From contig CAAGGT010000154.1 of the NCBI GenBank assembly GCA_900769465.1, positions 12,144 through 76,143 of the forward strand: DNA of 64,000 nucleotides. The letters run 5' to 3'. Below the pieces are notes generated by a model, which worked only from the letters and a program-made list of their open reading frames with translations, was not told the origin of the DNA and searched no databases. Source of the DNA: Bacteroidaceae bacterium (GTDB lineage Bacteria > Bacteroidota > Bacteroidia > Bacteroidales > Bacteroidaceae). This document shows, one piece after another, positions 38,274 through 49,608 of this stretch. Position numbers and translations under genes: made by a program. The stretch's first letter is position 1; each line of letters opens with the position of its first letter.

Positions 38274-38301
38274 AAATGCCGGTCAGTTGACCGGCATTTT
38301 T
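38274..38301 (+). terminator. intrinsic terminator after the orphan ORF
   Basis: AAAATGCCGGTCA-g-TTGACCGGCATTTTT. Confidence 0.7.
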
Positions 38302-38468
38302 CATTCTGAGCAGACAGAAGACAGTCATCTTTTCCGGCACAAGAAGCGAGCAGCGGATCAGATAGAAAAAGCAGAGGGAAAGCAAGGCGCAAGATGTGAA
38401 TATTTAGCAAAATACGCTTGCATAATAGACCGTTTTTTGTTAACTTTGTTCGGTTATATTGGTAATAA

Positions 38469-40436
<1,968 letters not shown>

Positions 40437-40441
40437 ATAAA

Positions 40442-40480
40442 CAGGAGAATCAAGCCACAAGGCTTGATTCTCCTGTTTTT
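40442..40480 (+). terminator. intrinsic terminator after gyrB
   Basis: CAGGAGAATCAAGCC-acaa-GGCTTGATTCTCCTG followed by TTTTT. Confidence 0.8.
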
Positions 40481-40495
40481 ATACTTGTTTACGGT

Positions 40496-41599
40496 TCACA
40501 CTTTAAGGAACACCTTCGTCCTGTACAGGAAATAGAGGAAAACCCAACAGACCAGCATATAACAGCACCAATAACCCAGTGTCTGACAGTCGGCCGGCAG
40601 CAGCTTGAGCGCACCGCCAAAGAGCGTACCGACAGGCTTCTTGAAATCAAGGAATTGCTGTGCAAGATATATGGTTATAGAATTCATTCCAATGACACGC
40701 AACGGGAACACCAGACTGCGCAATCCCATCACATCGACCACAAGATAGAAGAATGCGAAAAGGGACAACGACCACCCGGCCGCACAGCACACGAAAGAGC
40801 TGCTCCACAGATTCTTGTTGATGGGGAAAACAAAATCCCACGCATAACCGACAGCAAGCAACAGGAGTGCAGCCAAAAGCATACAGCCCACCTTTCTGTA
40901 GCCCCCCGAAACCCGTGATGAACGCACGAACTCACCGGTAAATATACCACACAGCGCTGTCACCACAGCCGGCAAAGTGGATAGAATACCCTCGGGGTCA
41001 TGTATCCCATTGTGCAGCACTCCCGGCAGCAGACAACGGTCGACATAACCGACAATGCAACCGTCTATGGAGAGGGACGATGCACCGGCGGGAGCATCGG
41101 GTGCAGCCACAAGTGCCAACAGCGCCCAATAGCCAAGCAATATGACAACTGAGAGAACAGCCAACAGCCTGCGCTCCAGCCATACATATAGCAATGAGGC
41201 TATCATCCAGGCCAAACCTATACGCCCAAGTACACTCGCATAACGCAGGTTTTCAAAATCGAACTGCAACAGGCCGTTGTATAGAATACCCAAGAAAATC
41301 AGTATCAGGGCACGTTTCACAACCCTCATAGAGATTTCAATCCTTGATTTTCCGAGCGACAATTGCTTTGCATTTGAAAAAGGAAACGATACACCCGCAA
41401 GAAAAAGGAAAAGGGGAAATATCAGATCATAGAATGTAAACCCGTCCCATGCAGAGTGCCCCATCTGCTCACCAACAAATTTCAGATCAGGAAAAAGTGA
41501 TGCAAGAGATATAAGCACAACCTCGCCACCCATAATGAATGACATATCAAAACCACGCAAAGCATCGAGCGAGTAGAGACGTTTATCTTTTTCTTTCAT
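40496..41599 (-). CDS. membrane acyltransferase-like protein (DUF5009 / heparan-alpha-glucosaminide N-acetyltransferase-like)
   Basis: 367 aa, ~10 TM segments. The N-terminal RLYSLDALRGFDM motif is typical of this family. Confidence 0.65.
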   Translation of the reverse strand: MKEKDKRLYSLDALRGFDMSFIMGGEVVLISLASLFPDLKFVGEQMGHSAWDGFTFYDLIFPLFLFLAGVSFPFSNAKQLSLGKSRIEISMRVVKRALILIFLGILYNGLLQFDFENLRYASVLGRIGLAWMIASLLYVWLERRLLAVLSVVILLGYWALLALVAAPDAPAGASSLSIDGCIVGYVDRCLLPGVLHNGIHDPEGILSTLPAVVTALCGIFTGEFVRSSRVSGGYRKVGCMLLAALLLLAVGYAWDFVFPINKNLWSSSFVCCAAGWSLSLFAFFYLVVDVMGLRSLVFPLRVIGMNSITIYLAQQFLDFKKPVGTLFGGALKLLPADCQTLGYWCCYMLVCWVFLYFLYRTKVFLKV

Positions 41600-41603
41600 A
41601 CAA

Positions 41604-42239
41604 TCATTTGATTATCAAATCATCTACAATAACTTTAGGAACACAATGCACGCCATCCTTGCGGTAATAGGAATGGTCCTCGTCGGCTCTTATATCTACA
41701 AGTTTTATCCTTTCGGCACTCTTTCCGACAGCAAGCACTAGCAACGGGACGTATGGCAGGGCAAGGGCATCCACAAGCGCATCAGCATCAAAATCCATTA
41801 TACACAATCCGTTAAGCCCCAACTCCACAGCCTGTAGCAACATACTCTGCGCCGAAATACCGAGGTCGACATATGTACTTTTGCGAGGTTCTATTGTTGA
41901 GCAGACAACAATAAAGGCATTTGGTTCGTACCCCTTGGCCGGCAAATGAAGTTCCCGGAGAGCGGCACCCATTCTGACACAGGCGAGAACCTTTTGAGCC
42001 TCATCGGATGCTACAAGCCTGAAACGCAACGGCTGACGATTACGAGCAGAAGCCAACTTGCCGTTCACTGCGACAATGCGGCGCAGCTGGTCGGCACGCA
42101 CCATATAAGATGCATCATACCCCCTTGTGCTACGGTTCTTCACAAGCAGAGCCGACAGCCCGTCTTTTTTCACACTTGACGAAGCTGCCGAATTGGAACG
42201 GTATTGTTCCATCCTCTTTTCCAAATAGTTGTCGGCCAT
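41604..42239 (-). CDS. nitroreductase family protein
   Basis: 211 aa. MADNYLEKRMEQYR and RSTRGYD resemble the Bacteroidales nitroreductase-fold proteins. Confidence 0.7.
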   Translation of the reverse strand: MADNYLEKRMEQYRSNSAASSSVKKDGLSALLVKNRSTRGYDASYMVRADQLRRIVAVNGKLASARNRQPLRFRLVASDEAQKVLACVRMGAALRELHLPAKGYEPNAFIVVCSTIEPRKSTYVDLGISAQSMLLQAVELGLNGLCIMDFDADALVDALALPYVPLLVLAVGKSAERIKLVDIRADEDHSYYRKDGVHCVPKVIVDDLIIK

Positions 42240-42255
42240 AAAAACTGGTTATTTA

Positions 42256-42286
42256 AAACAAAAAAAGAACTCCAAAGGAGTTCTTT
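42256..42286 (-). terminator. intrinsic terminator after tRNA-Cys
   Basis: AAAGAACTCC-aaa-GGAGTTCTTT, followed on the minus strand by a T-run (plus-strand A-run, 42259-42266). Confidence 0.7.
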
Positions 42287-42287
42287 G

Positions 42288-42359
42288 AGGTACCTGGCGG
42301 ATTCGAACCGCCGTACATGGTTTTGCAGACCACTGACTAAGCCACTCATCCAAGGTACC
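42288..42359 (-). tRNA. tRNA-Cys (anticodon GCA)
   Basis: Reverse complement GGTACCTTGGATGAGTGGCTTAGTCAGTGGTCTGCAAAACCATGTACGGCGGTTCGAATCCGCCAGGTACCT. Acceptor GGTACCT/AGGTACC, anticodon loop CT-GCA-AA, T-arm GGCGGTTCGAATCCGCC, discriminator U. Confidence 0.9.
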
Positions 42360-42393
42360 GGAAACTTTTGCGACCAAGCGCTTTAAGCGATGA

Positions 42394-42424
42394 CAAAGGT
42401 AAGACATTTTTTGTGAAGAACAAA
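42394..42424 (-). promoter_or_regulatory. Bacteroidota-type promoter (TTTG-N19-TAccTTTG) for tRNA-Cys
   Basis: On the minus strand, TTTG is plus-strand caaa at 42421-42424 and TACCTTTG is plus-strand caaaggta at 42394-42401. The spacer is 19 nt. Confidence 0.5.
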
Positions 42425-42530
42425 CAATGGAGGCCATTTTTTAACCTTTTATATGACATTTCACCAATTATTTTATCCGCAAAGGCCATTTTTATACTTT
42501 TATATCCTATCTTCGCGACAAAATGAAACA

Positions 42531-43844
42531 ATGATATACAAGGTCCAGAGATATATTGACGGGAACGGACTACTGAAACAGGGTGACAAGGTTCTCGTTG
42601 CAATCAGCGGAGGAGCAGATTCCGTCGCACTCCTTGTCGTGCTTTGCAGACTCGGCTACAGATGCGAAGCCATACATTGTAATTTCCATCTCCGCGACGA
42701 GGAGAGTAACCGAGACGAACAATTCACAAAAGAGCTGTGCAACAGATTGGGTGTCGGACTGCATACCATACACTTTGACACAAAAGAGTATGCCAAGCAG
42801 AAAGGCATCTCCATTGAAATGGCCGCTCGCGAACAACGCTATACCGCATTCGAGGAGTATAGGGCCTCGACAGGCGCACAGGCCATTGCCGTGGCCCATC
42901 ATCGCGATGATTCGGCAGAGACACTGCTCTTGAACCTGACACGCGGAACCGGAATAAAAGGATTGAGAGGCATACAGCCCAGGAACGGATATATCATCCG
43001 CCCGTTGCTTTGTGTGGGGCGCGATGAAATCATCGATTACATCAAGTGGCGTGGCGAATCATATGTCACAGACAGCACCAATCTCACCTGCGACTACACA
43101 CGCAACAAAATAAGACTGGAGATTATTCCCAGACTTGCCGAAATCAACCCGTCAATACTGACTGCACTTTCAGCAACGGCACGGCGTATAAGCGAGGCCG
43201 AGAAGATATACCGCAACGCCATTGAAGAAGCCATCAAACGCGTGAAAAAGGGGGACGAGATAAGCATAGAGGCCCTTGAAAAGGAGATTTCACCCTCGAC
43301 ACTATTACACGAAATACTCTCGCCACTGGGTTTCAACAGCTCGCAGATTGAGGATATATCGGGAGCAACAGGATGCGAAGGTGCAAGGCAGTTCCACACC
43401 CGGGAATGGAGTGTTGTCAAAGACAGGATGAAACTTATCATCACCCCCCGGCAGAACGCTCTGCAAGAGAGCATATTATTACCACGCGAAGGCTCTGTTG
43501 AAACAGTATATGGTGTCCTGAATATTACCGAAACTGCATTCGACGGCAACGTACCCAAACAACGCAACATCGCAAGCCTCGATGCAGACAAGCTACATAT
43601 GCCGCTCACGTTGCGGCAAACCCGTCAGGGAGACCGCTTTGCCCCATTTGGAATGAAGGGTACCAAACTTGTGAGCGACTACCTCACAGACCGCAAGAAA
43701 AGCCTCATTGAAAAGCAGGCACAGCTCGTTGTAACCGATGCAAAAGGTGAAATACTGTGGGTGGTAGGCGAACGTCCTGCCACGAATTGCTGCATCAACG
43801 GAAAGACAAATAAGATTCTTCGGCTTGTGTGGGAGAGGAAATGA
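42531..43844 (+). CDS. tilS: tRNA(Ile)-lysidine synthetase
   Basis: Start chosen at the ATG at 42531 (MIYKVQRYIDGNGLL). PP-loop VAISGGADS. The C-terminal LRQTRQGDRFAPFGM segment is typical of TilS. Confidence 0.9.
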   Translation: MIYKVQRYIDGNGLLKQGDKVLVAISGGADSVALLVVLCRLGYRCEAIHCNFHLRDEESNRDEQFTKELCNRLGVGLHTIHFDTKEYAKQKGISIEMAAREQRYTAFEEYRASTGAQAIAVAHHRDDSAETLLLNLTRGTGIKGLRGIQPRNGYIIRPLLCVGRDEIIDYIKWRGESYVTDSTNLTCDYTRNKIRLEIIPRLAEINPSILTALSATARRISEAEKIYRNAIEEAIKRVKKGDEISIEALEKEISPSTLLHEILSPLGFNSSQIEDISGATGCEGARQFHTREWSVVKDRMKLIITPRQNALQESILLPREGSVETVYGVLNITETAFDGNVPKQRNIASLDADKLHMPLTLRQTRQGDRFAPFGMKGTKLVSDYLTDRKKSLIEKQAQLVVTDAKGEILWVVGERPATNCCINGKTNKILRLVWERK

Positions 43845-45500
43845 TTATTTCCTCACATCCTTGAGTGCCTCAATGGCATCATCGAATTCCTGTTCGGCTG
43901 CCATATTCCACAACTTGATTGCCTTGTCGCGATTCTTGTCAACCCCCTGGCCGTAGTAATAACATATTCCAAGATCATACTGTGCAGCAGCGTGTCCCTT
44001 CTTTGCAGCCTTCTCATACCACTCGACCGCCTTTGTATAATCCTGCGGAACAAATCCCCCTTTATTATAGTACATCGTACCCATAAGATATTGGGCGTTT
44101 ACATTATCCTGCCCGGCCGATTTCTCACACCACTTGGCAGCAGTAGCCTTGTCCTCTTCAACGCCATGCCCCAAATAGTAACACTGGGCAAGATTATATT
44201 GCGCATCGGCATCACCGGCCTCGGCACCTTGAGTATACCATTTTACAGCCTCTACATAATCCACCTCACCTACAAGCCCAAGATAATGGTAATTGCCAAC
44301 CTTGTTATAAGCCGGAACAAATCCCATATCAGCAGCCTTGCTGTATCTTTCAAAAGCGATTCTCATGTTCATCTCCTCGGCATATTCAGACACTGAATAT
44401 TCAGCAAGACAATATATTGCCTCGGCACAGCCAAGTTCTGCAGCCTTGTTGTAAAGCGCCATAGCCCTGTTATAATCAGAAACCGCTCCATCGCCCCAAT
44501 AGTAACAGCCGGCCAATTGGCACATAGCATCGGGGTCACCACTCTTTGCAGCCTTGGCATACCACTCGGCAGCCTTATAGTGGTCCTCCTTGACTCCGAC
44601 ACCCGAATAATAACAACCGGCAAGGATGTATTGGGCATCGATGTGTCCTTGAAGCGCAGCTTTCTCGTACCACATTACAGCCTGTACCGTATCCTTTGCC
44701 ACTCCGGTACCTTTGCAATAACTTTCGGCAAGAGCAAACTGTGCCTTTGCATTTCCCTGAGTTGCCGATTTCTTCAGCCACACGACAGCCTTGTCATAAT
44801 CCTGGGCAATGCCATCACCATAAGCATAGGACATAGCCACATTGTATTGGGCCGAATCCAATCCCTGCTCTGCAGCCTTCAGATACCAATAAAAGGCCTC
44901 ATCACTGCTTTGTGCAACGCCTATACCATAGAAGAAACAATCACCGACCTCGTTCCAAGCAATAGGATATCCTTTTTCGGCTGCACGGTACAAGTAGCCG
45001 AAAGCCTTTACGGAATCTATTCCGACACCCTTGCCCAACTTGTAACAAACACCCAGATTGGTCATTGCAATCACATTTCCCTGTTCTGCGGCAAGCATAT
45101 ACCATTTTGCAGCCTCATCGACATCGGGCTTTACACCATAACCCTTGTGGTAACAGTTGCCAATGTTGCACTGCGCCATATCATTGCCCTGTGCAGCCGA
45201 TTTCCTGAACCATGACAATGCCTTGTTATAGTTCTGCCCGACACCCTTGCCCGAGACATAGCACGCACCAAGATTACACTGGGCAAAAGCATCACCTTTC
45301 TTGGCGGCACTCTTCCACAGTTTGACAGCATCGGTGTAATTGCCGGCATTGTATGCATCAAGGCCGTTGAGATACTCTTCAGAGCGCAGCGTATCTGCCT
45401 TTTGCGGCACGTTGCAAAAGATGGAAGAGGCTGTAGCAGAGTGTGAAAGAAGCAGACACATGGCTACAAGCAACAGGTTCAGTATGGGTAACTTTCTCAT
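43845..45500 (-). CDS. secreted Sel1-repeat (SLR) protein, 13 repeats
   Basis: ATG at 45500 (MRKLPILNLLLVAMCLLLSHSATASS); the track uses GTG at 45509. I counted 13 consecutive ~36-aa units of the form A..W..KAA.QG...AQ..LG.CY..G.GV..D...A..W. Confidence 0.85.
   Translation of the reverse strand: MRKLPILNLLLVAMCLLLSHSATASSIFCNVPQKADTLRSEEYLNGLDAYNAGNYTDAVKLWKSAAKKGDAFAQCNLGACYVSGKGVGQNYNKALSWFRKSAAQGNDMAQCNIGNCYHKGYGVKPDVDEAAKWYMLAAEQGNVIAMTNLGVCYKLGKGVGIDSVKAFGYLYRAAEKGYPIAWNEVGDCFFYGIGVAQSSDEAFYWYLKAAEQGLDSAQYNVAMSYAYGDGIAQDYDKAVVWLKKSATQGNAKAQFALAESYCKGTGVAKDTVQAVMWYEKAALQGHIDAQYILAGCYYSGVGVKEDHYKAAEWYAKAAKSGDPDAMCQLAGCYYWGDGAVSDYNRAMALYNKAAELGCAEAIYCLAEYSVSEYAEEMNMRIAFERYSKAADMGFVPAYNKVGNYHYLGLVGEVDYVEAVKWYTQGAEAGDADAQYNLAQCYYLGHGVEEDKATAAKWCEKSAGQDNVNAQYLMGTMYYNKGGFVPQDYTKAVEWYEKAAKKGHAAAQYDLGICYYYGQGVDKNRDKAIKLWNMAAEQEFDDAIEALKDVRK
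43905..45341 (-). repeat. tandem array of 13 diverged Sel1-like coding repeats (~108 nt period)
   Basis: The repeats are visible at protein level (KKGDAFAQCNLG, AQGNDMAQCNIG, EQGNVIAMTNLG ... KKGHAAAQYDLG). The DNA copies are diverged. Confidence 0.6.
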
Positions 45501-45505
45501 TACAT

Positions 45506-47185
45506 TCACTCTTCAAGTTGTTTCAAAACAGTTCCGGCATCGGGGTGTCCCAACTCCATGGCCCTCTCCAGGCTAGAACGCGCGTTTTCTTTTTCGCCCT
45601 TCTGTACATACATACGGCCGAGCAGATAATAGACATCGGGGGCCTGCGGTGCGAGTGTCTCGGCCTCTTTCAAGGTGCGGATACCCTCATCAAAAAGTTT
45701 TACACGATAACACAACACACCCTTTTCAATCTGATAGGCAACATTGTGGGGGGCCAAAGATATTGCGGTGTCGATATCATTCAGTGCCTGACGGTACATT
45801 TTGGCACCCAGTTCAGACTGCTCACGAAGATAATAGAACTCGGCTCCCAGAGTGCCGGCCATTATCTCCTCGTACCTGTTATAATCGAAAACAGCATCGC
45901 GGTACTTTCCTGCAGCAGCATTCACCAGGGCTCGGGTGAGTATATAGGGAGCATATGATTTTACAAGCATAGGATCGTAACAAGCCACAGCGCTGTCAAG
46001 CATTGCCACAGACTTTTCATAGTTCTCCACCGCTCTGTAACACTGCGATGCCTTTGCAAAAACATCGGCACTTCGCATATCGGTTGCCGCAAGCTGTTCA
46101 TAACATACTGCTGCAGCAGCAAAATCTCCTTTTGAACACAGGATTTCGGCCTTGCCGTTTATAAAAAGCGACTGACCATCGGCAGCGATAGCCTTGTCAA
46201 TCTCCGAAATCGCATTTGCAAACGAGAGCATCGGGTGTGAAACGGAATCGCCACTTAAAAGTATTGTATTTATAGTCTTGGCCTTTCCAAAATGCACCTC
46301 GGCAGGGTTAGGGGCAAGCTTGAATGCCTTGTTCCATGATTGTTCAGCCGCATTGAGATCACAAAGAATGACAGCCTCATATTCAGCCCTAGAGACATAA
46401 CCCTCATAAGAATCGGGATACTGTGCAATGAAATCGTCAATGACATCCCTGTACGAGATGCTGTCACCCACAATCGTCTGCATATATAGGCAAGACAATG
46501 CATCTTCCTTAACCTGCGGCAATGCTGTGCGTATACCCATTGAAGGATAATATCCTCTACCATATACAGGAACAGATACATTGAGCAACGAAAGCACCGA
46601 TGCCCCAATAGCATAGCTGTTTACCGTATCACCGGCTGCTGCCGGTTGCATGAGCGCCACCAATTCACCCTTGCCGTCAACAAGGGGCAGAGCCAGGAAA
46701 CGTTGCTCCATGGGCTTTGCCAGGGTATAATATGCACAGGAGTATATGGAATCGACCCGCTCTACAACTGCAGATTCCGTTATGCCATCCTTGCCGACGG
46801 CATAACCCAATACATAGAGACTCTCACCTGCCTCTACAGGTATTGGAGAGACATTCAGATGCTTCAGTTTCTTGTCGGCAGCAACACGCACCTTTATGCA
46901 GTCAAAGACATCGTTTACACCGACAATTCTATTGACCGGACGTGCAACACCTTTATTGTCAATGACAACGGCACTGTCTGCACCTACAAAAAGCGAGCGC
47001 GACGAGAGCAGTTCACCACCACCGACAAAAACAGCCGCTCCATTATGCAGCATAACGCCCTGCTTGTAGGTTACAATACTTGCAACGGCCTGATGGGCCT
47101 TCCCTACACTCTTAGGCAACTTGTCGGCGAAAGCAGCCACGACCGCCAAACAAAGAACACAGAAAACAAATCCTCTTCTACCCAT
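45506..47185 (-). CDS. secreted TPR-repeat protein with N-terminal trypsin-fold-like (apparently non-catalytic) domain
   Basis: 559 aa. Signal peptide MGRRGFVFCVLCLAVVAAFA. Residues ~30-200 align by eye to an HtrA/trypsin-like fold but lack the His and GxSGG motifs. The C-terminal ~330 aa are TPR-like helical repeats. Confidence 0.65.
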   Translation of the reverse strand: MGRRGFVFCVLCLAVVAAFADKLPKSVGKAHQAVASIVTYKQGVMLHNGAAVFVGGGELLSSRSLFVGADSAVVIDNKGVARPVNRIVGVNDVFDCIKVRVAADKKLKHLNVSPIPVEAGESLYVLGYAVGKDGITESAVVERVDSIYSCAYYTLAKPMEQRFLALPLVDGKGELVALMQPAAAGDTVNSYAIGASVLSLLNVSVPVYGRGYYPSMGIRTALPQVKEDALSCLYMQTIVGDSISYRDVIDDFIAQYPDSYEGYVSRAEYEAVILCDLNAAEQSWNKAFKLAPNPAEVHFGKAKTINTILLSGDSVSHPMLSFANAISEIDKAIAADGQSLFINGKAEILCSKGDFAAAAVCYEQLAATDMRSADVFAKASQCYRAVENYEKSVAMLDSAVACYDPMLVKSYAPYILTRALVNAAAGKYRDAVFDYNRYEEIMAGTLGAEFYYLREQSELGAKMYRQALNDIDTAISLAPHNVAYQIEKGVLCYRVKLFDEGIRTLKEAETLAPQAPDVYYLLGRMYVQKGEKENARSSLERAMELGHPDAGTVLKQLEE

Positions 47186-47190
47186 TGTTA

Positions 47191-47937
47191 TCAGTCATTC
47201 AAATGGCGCTGACGGACAGCTTCATAAAGTATAACACCTGTTGCCACAGAGACATTGAGCGACTCTATATTACCGTATTGCGGTATGGCAACCCAATCAT
47301 CGCACAAGGCGAGGTGTTCCTGTGGGATACCCTTGTCCTCGGCACCCATCACCACACATACAGGCTCATTAAAATCGGCCTGTGTATAGTTAATCTTGCC
47401 CTTTTCGGTAGCGCACACAACGCGTATGCCCGAAGCCTTCAGATATTTCAAGGTCTCGGTTATGTTCTTCTCACGACAGACCGGCAACAGATGCAACGCA
47501 CCTGCCGATGTCTTTACAGCATCGGCATTTACCGTAACACTGTTGTGGGAGGGTATTATTATCGCATCGACTCCGGCGCAGTCACACGTACGGGCTATGG
47601 AACCGAAGTTACGCACATCGGTTATACCATCGAGCAATACAAGGAATGGGGCTTTACCTTCCTCGTAAAGAGTGGGAACAAGAGTATCCACCGTTGCATA
47701 CTCCACTGCCGACATATAAGCAATGACTCCCTGGTGATTCTTGCGTGTTATGCGGTTGAGTTTCTCTACCGGCACACGCACCACCGGAATAGTGCGCCCG
47801 CGAAGGGCCGCAAACAATTCACGCGACAATTCACTCTGCAAATCGCGCTTTACCAAAATCTTGTCAACCTCCTTGCCGGCCTCAATGGCCTCCAAAACGG
47901 CGCGTACGCCGAATATCATTTCATTTGCATTTACCAT
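47191..47937 (-). CDS. rlmB: 23S rRNA (guanosine-2'-O)-methyltransferase RlmB-like (SpoU family with N-terminal substrate-binding domain)
   Basis: 248 aa. GVRAVLEAIEAG (SpoU_sub_bind) plus LLDGITDVRNFGSIARTC and IPQYGNIESLNVSVATGVILYE. Confidence 0.8.
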   Translation of the reverse strand: MVNANEMIFGVRAVLEAIEAGKEVDKILVKRDLQSELSRELFAALRGRTIPVVRVPVEKLNRITRKNHQGVIAYMSAVEYATVDTLVPTLYEEGKAPFLVLLDGITDVRNFGSIARTCDCAGVDAIIIPSHNSVTVNADAVKTSAGALHLLPVCREKNITETLKYLKASGIRVVCATEKGKINYTQADFNEPVCVVMGAEDKGIPQEHLALCDDWVAIPQYGNIESLNVSVATGVILYEAVRQRHLND

Positions 47938-47946
47938 AAGACTCTA

Positions 47947-49608
47947 TTATGATTGCGACAGCAATAGATTGGCTGCATCAATAGCCGCATCGGTGAGTAC
48001 CTCGCCACTCATCATCTGTGCTATCTCGCGCACCCTCTCCTGCTGTTCAAGTTCTACAATTTCAGTTACTGTACCTGCCGCTGTCTCCTCTTTGTGTACC
48101 TTGTAGTGGCGTGAGCCCAGAGCTGCCACCTGTGGCAAGTGAGTAATGCTCAACACCTGACGGTTACAGCATCCCATCTGCTGCATCATACGGCCCATAC
48201 GCTCAGCAAGTACACCCGACACACCGGTATCGACCTCGTCGAATATCAGCGCAGGCTGGCTGGTACCCGATGCCACAAGTGATTTGAGCGCAAGCATCAC
48301 GCGTGCCATCTCACCGCCCGAAGCTACATCGCATAGCGGTTGGGGGGTGCTGCTACTGTTGGCGGAGAAGAGGAACGTGATGACATCGCAACCGAAAGGA
48401 GTGAAGCCTTCGGTCACTCCAAAGTCCACCTCAAAGCGTATCATGGGCATACCAAGATTCACCAATATGGCAACCATCTCCTTTTGCAGATGCAGGGCAC
48501 TCGCCTTTCGCACCTTTGTCATTTCTGCAGCAACTTTGGCAAGCTCCTTGCCAAGAGCATCTATGCGGTGTTCCACAGCCTTTATATCATCATCGCCACA
48601 GACAATCCCGTCAAGACGTGCGGCAAAATCGGCATCGACAGCCAACAGTTCACCCACAGTCTCAACACGATGTTTCTTGAGCAGACCATATATCATAGCC
48701 AAGCGGCGCTCTACATACTCAAGCCTGTCGGGTGAATACTGCACGCGCCCGGCACGTTGCTCCATTTCACTGCAACAATCCTTGAGTTCAATATAACAAT
48801 TCTCCAGACGGGCCGACAACTCACCTGCCGCACCATAGTGTGACGACACGCGTGAAAGCGCATTTGCCGATTCGCGCAACGCCTGCAAAAGGCTGTTGCC
48901 CTCACCATCTATCCCGGAGCAGGCACCATACAACGCAGCCTGTATCTCCTCGGTATGTGAAAGTTCGCTCAACTCCTGCTCCAAAGACTCCAATTCACCA
49001 TCGGTCAATTTTGCAGCCAGCAGTTCCTCGTGCTGGAAGCGCAACCACTCCTCGTCGCGACGGCTGTTCTCCAGGCTCTCCTTGAGCCTCTTGAGTTCAG
49101 CATTCAATCCGCGATAGCTGTCGTAACGTTCCTTGTAATCATCAAGCAATGACTTGTTGTCCGACAGCATATCAACCACACGAAGCTGATAGTTCCTGTC
49201 GCCGAGCAACAGGTTCTGATGTTGCGAATGTATGTCGACCAGACGGGCACCAAGTTCCTTCAGCTGTGCTACCGATACCGGCGTATCGTTAACAAAAGCC
49301 CTGCTACGTCCCGAGGCTGCCACCTCGCGGCGCACTATGCACTCGCTGTCATAATCGAGGTCATTCTCCTCGAACCACCCCTGCAATGCCAAATCTGAGA
49401 TGTCGAAACACCCCTCTATCACACAACGGTCGGCACCTTCACGTATTGATTTTGCATCGGAACGTTGCCCAAGCAACACTGATATGGCACCCAGAAAGAC
49501 CGACTTTCCGTGACCGGTCTCACCCGTAATGACAGAAAAGCCTGCGGAGAAATCAACCTCCACACGCTCAATCAGTGCAAAATTACGTATCGATATATGC
49601 TTCAGCAT
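47947..49608 (-). CDS. recN: DNA repair protein RecN
   Basis: ATG at 49608 (MLKHISIRNFALIERV), overlapping the upstream stop as TGATG. Walker A GETGHGKS, long coiled coil, C-terminal SGGEMARVMLAL / IFDEVDTGVSG. Confidence 0.93.
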   Translation of the reverse strand: MLKHISIRNFALIERVEVDFSAGFSVITGETGHGKSVFLGAISVLLGQRSDAKSIREGADRCVIEGCFDISDLALQGWFEENDLDYDSECIVRREVAASGRSRAFVNDTPVSVAQLKELGARLVDIHSQHQNLLLGDRNYQLRVVDMLSDNKSLLDDYKERYDSYRGLNAELKRLKESLENSRRDEEWLRFQHEELLAAKLTDGELESLEQELSELSHTEEIQAALYGACSGIDGEGNSLLQALRESANALSRVSSHYGAAGELSARLENCYIELKDCCSEMEQRAGRVQYSPDRLEYVERRLAMIYGLLKKHRVETVGELLAVDADFAARLDGIVCGDDDIKAVEHRIDALGKELAKVAAEMTKVRKASALHLQKEMVAILVNLGMPMIRFEVDFGVTEGFTPFGCDVITFLFSANSSSTPQPLCDVASGGEMARVMLALKSLVASGTSQPALIFDEVDTGVSGVLAERMGRMMQQMGCCNRQVLSITHLPQVAALGSRHYKVHKEETAAGTVTEIVELEQQERVREIAQMMSGEVLTDAAIDAANLLLSQS

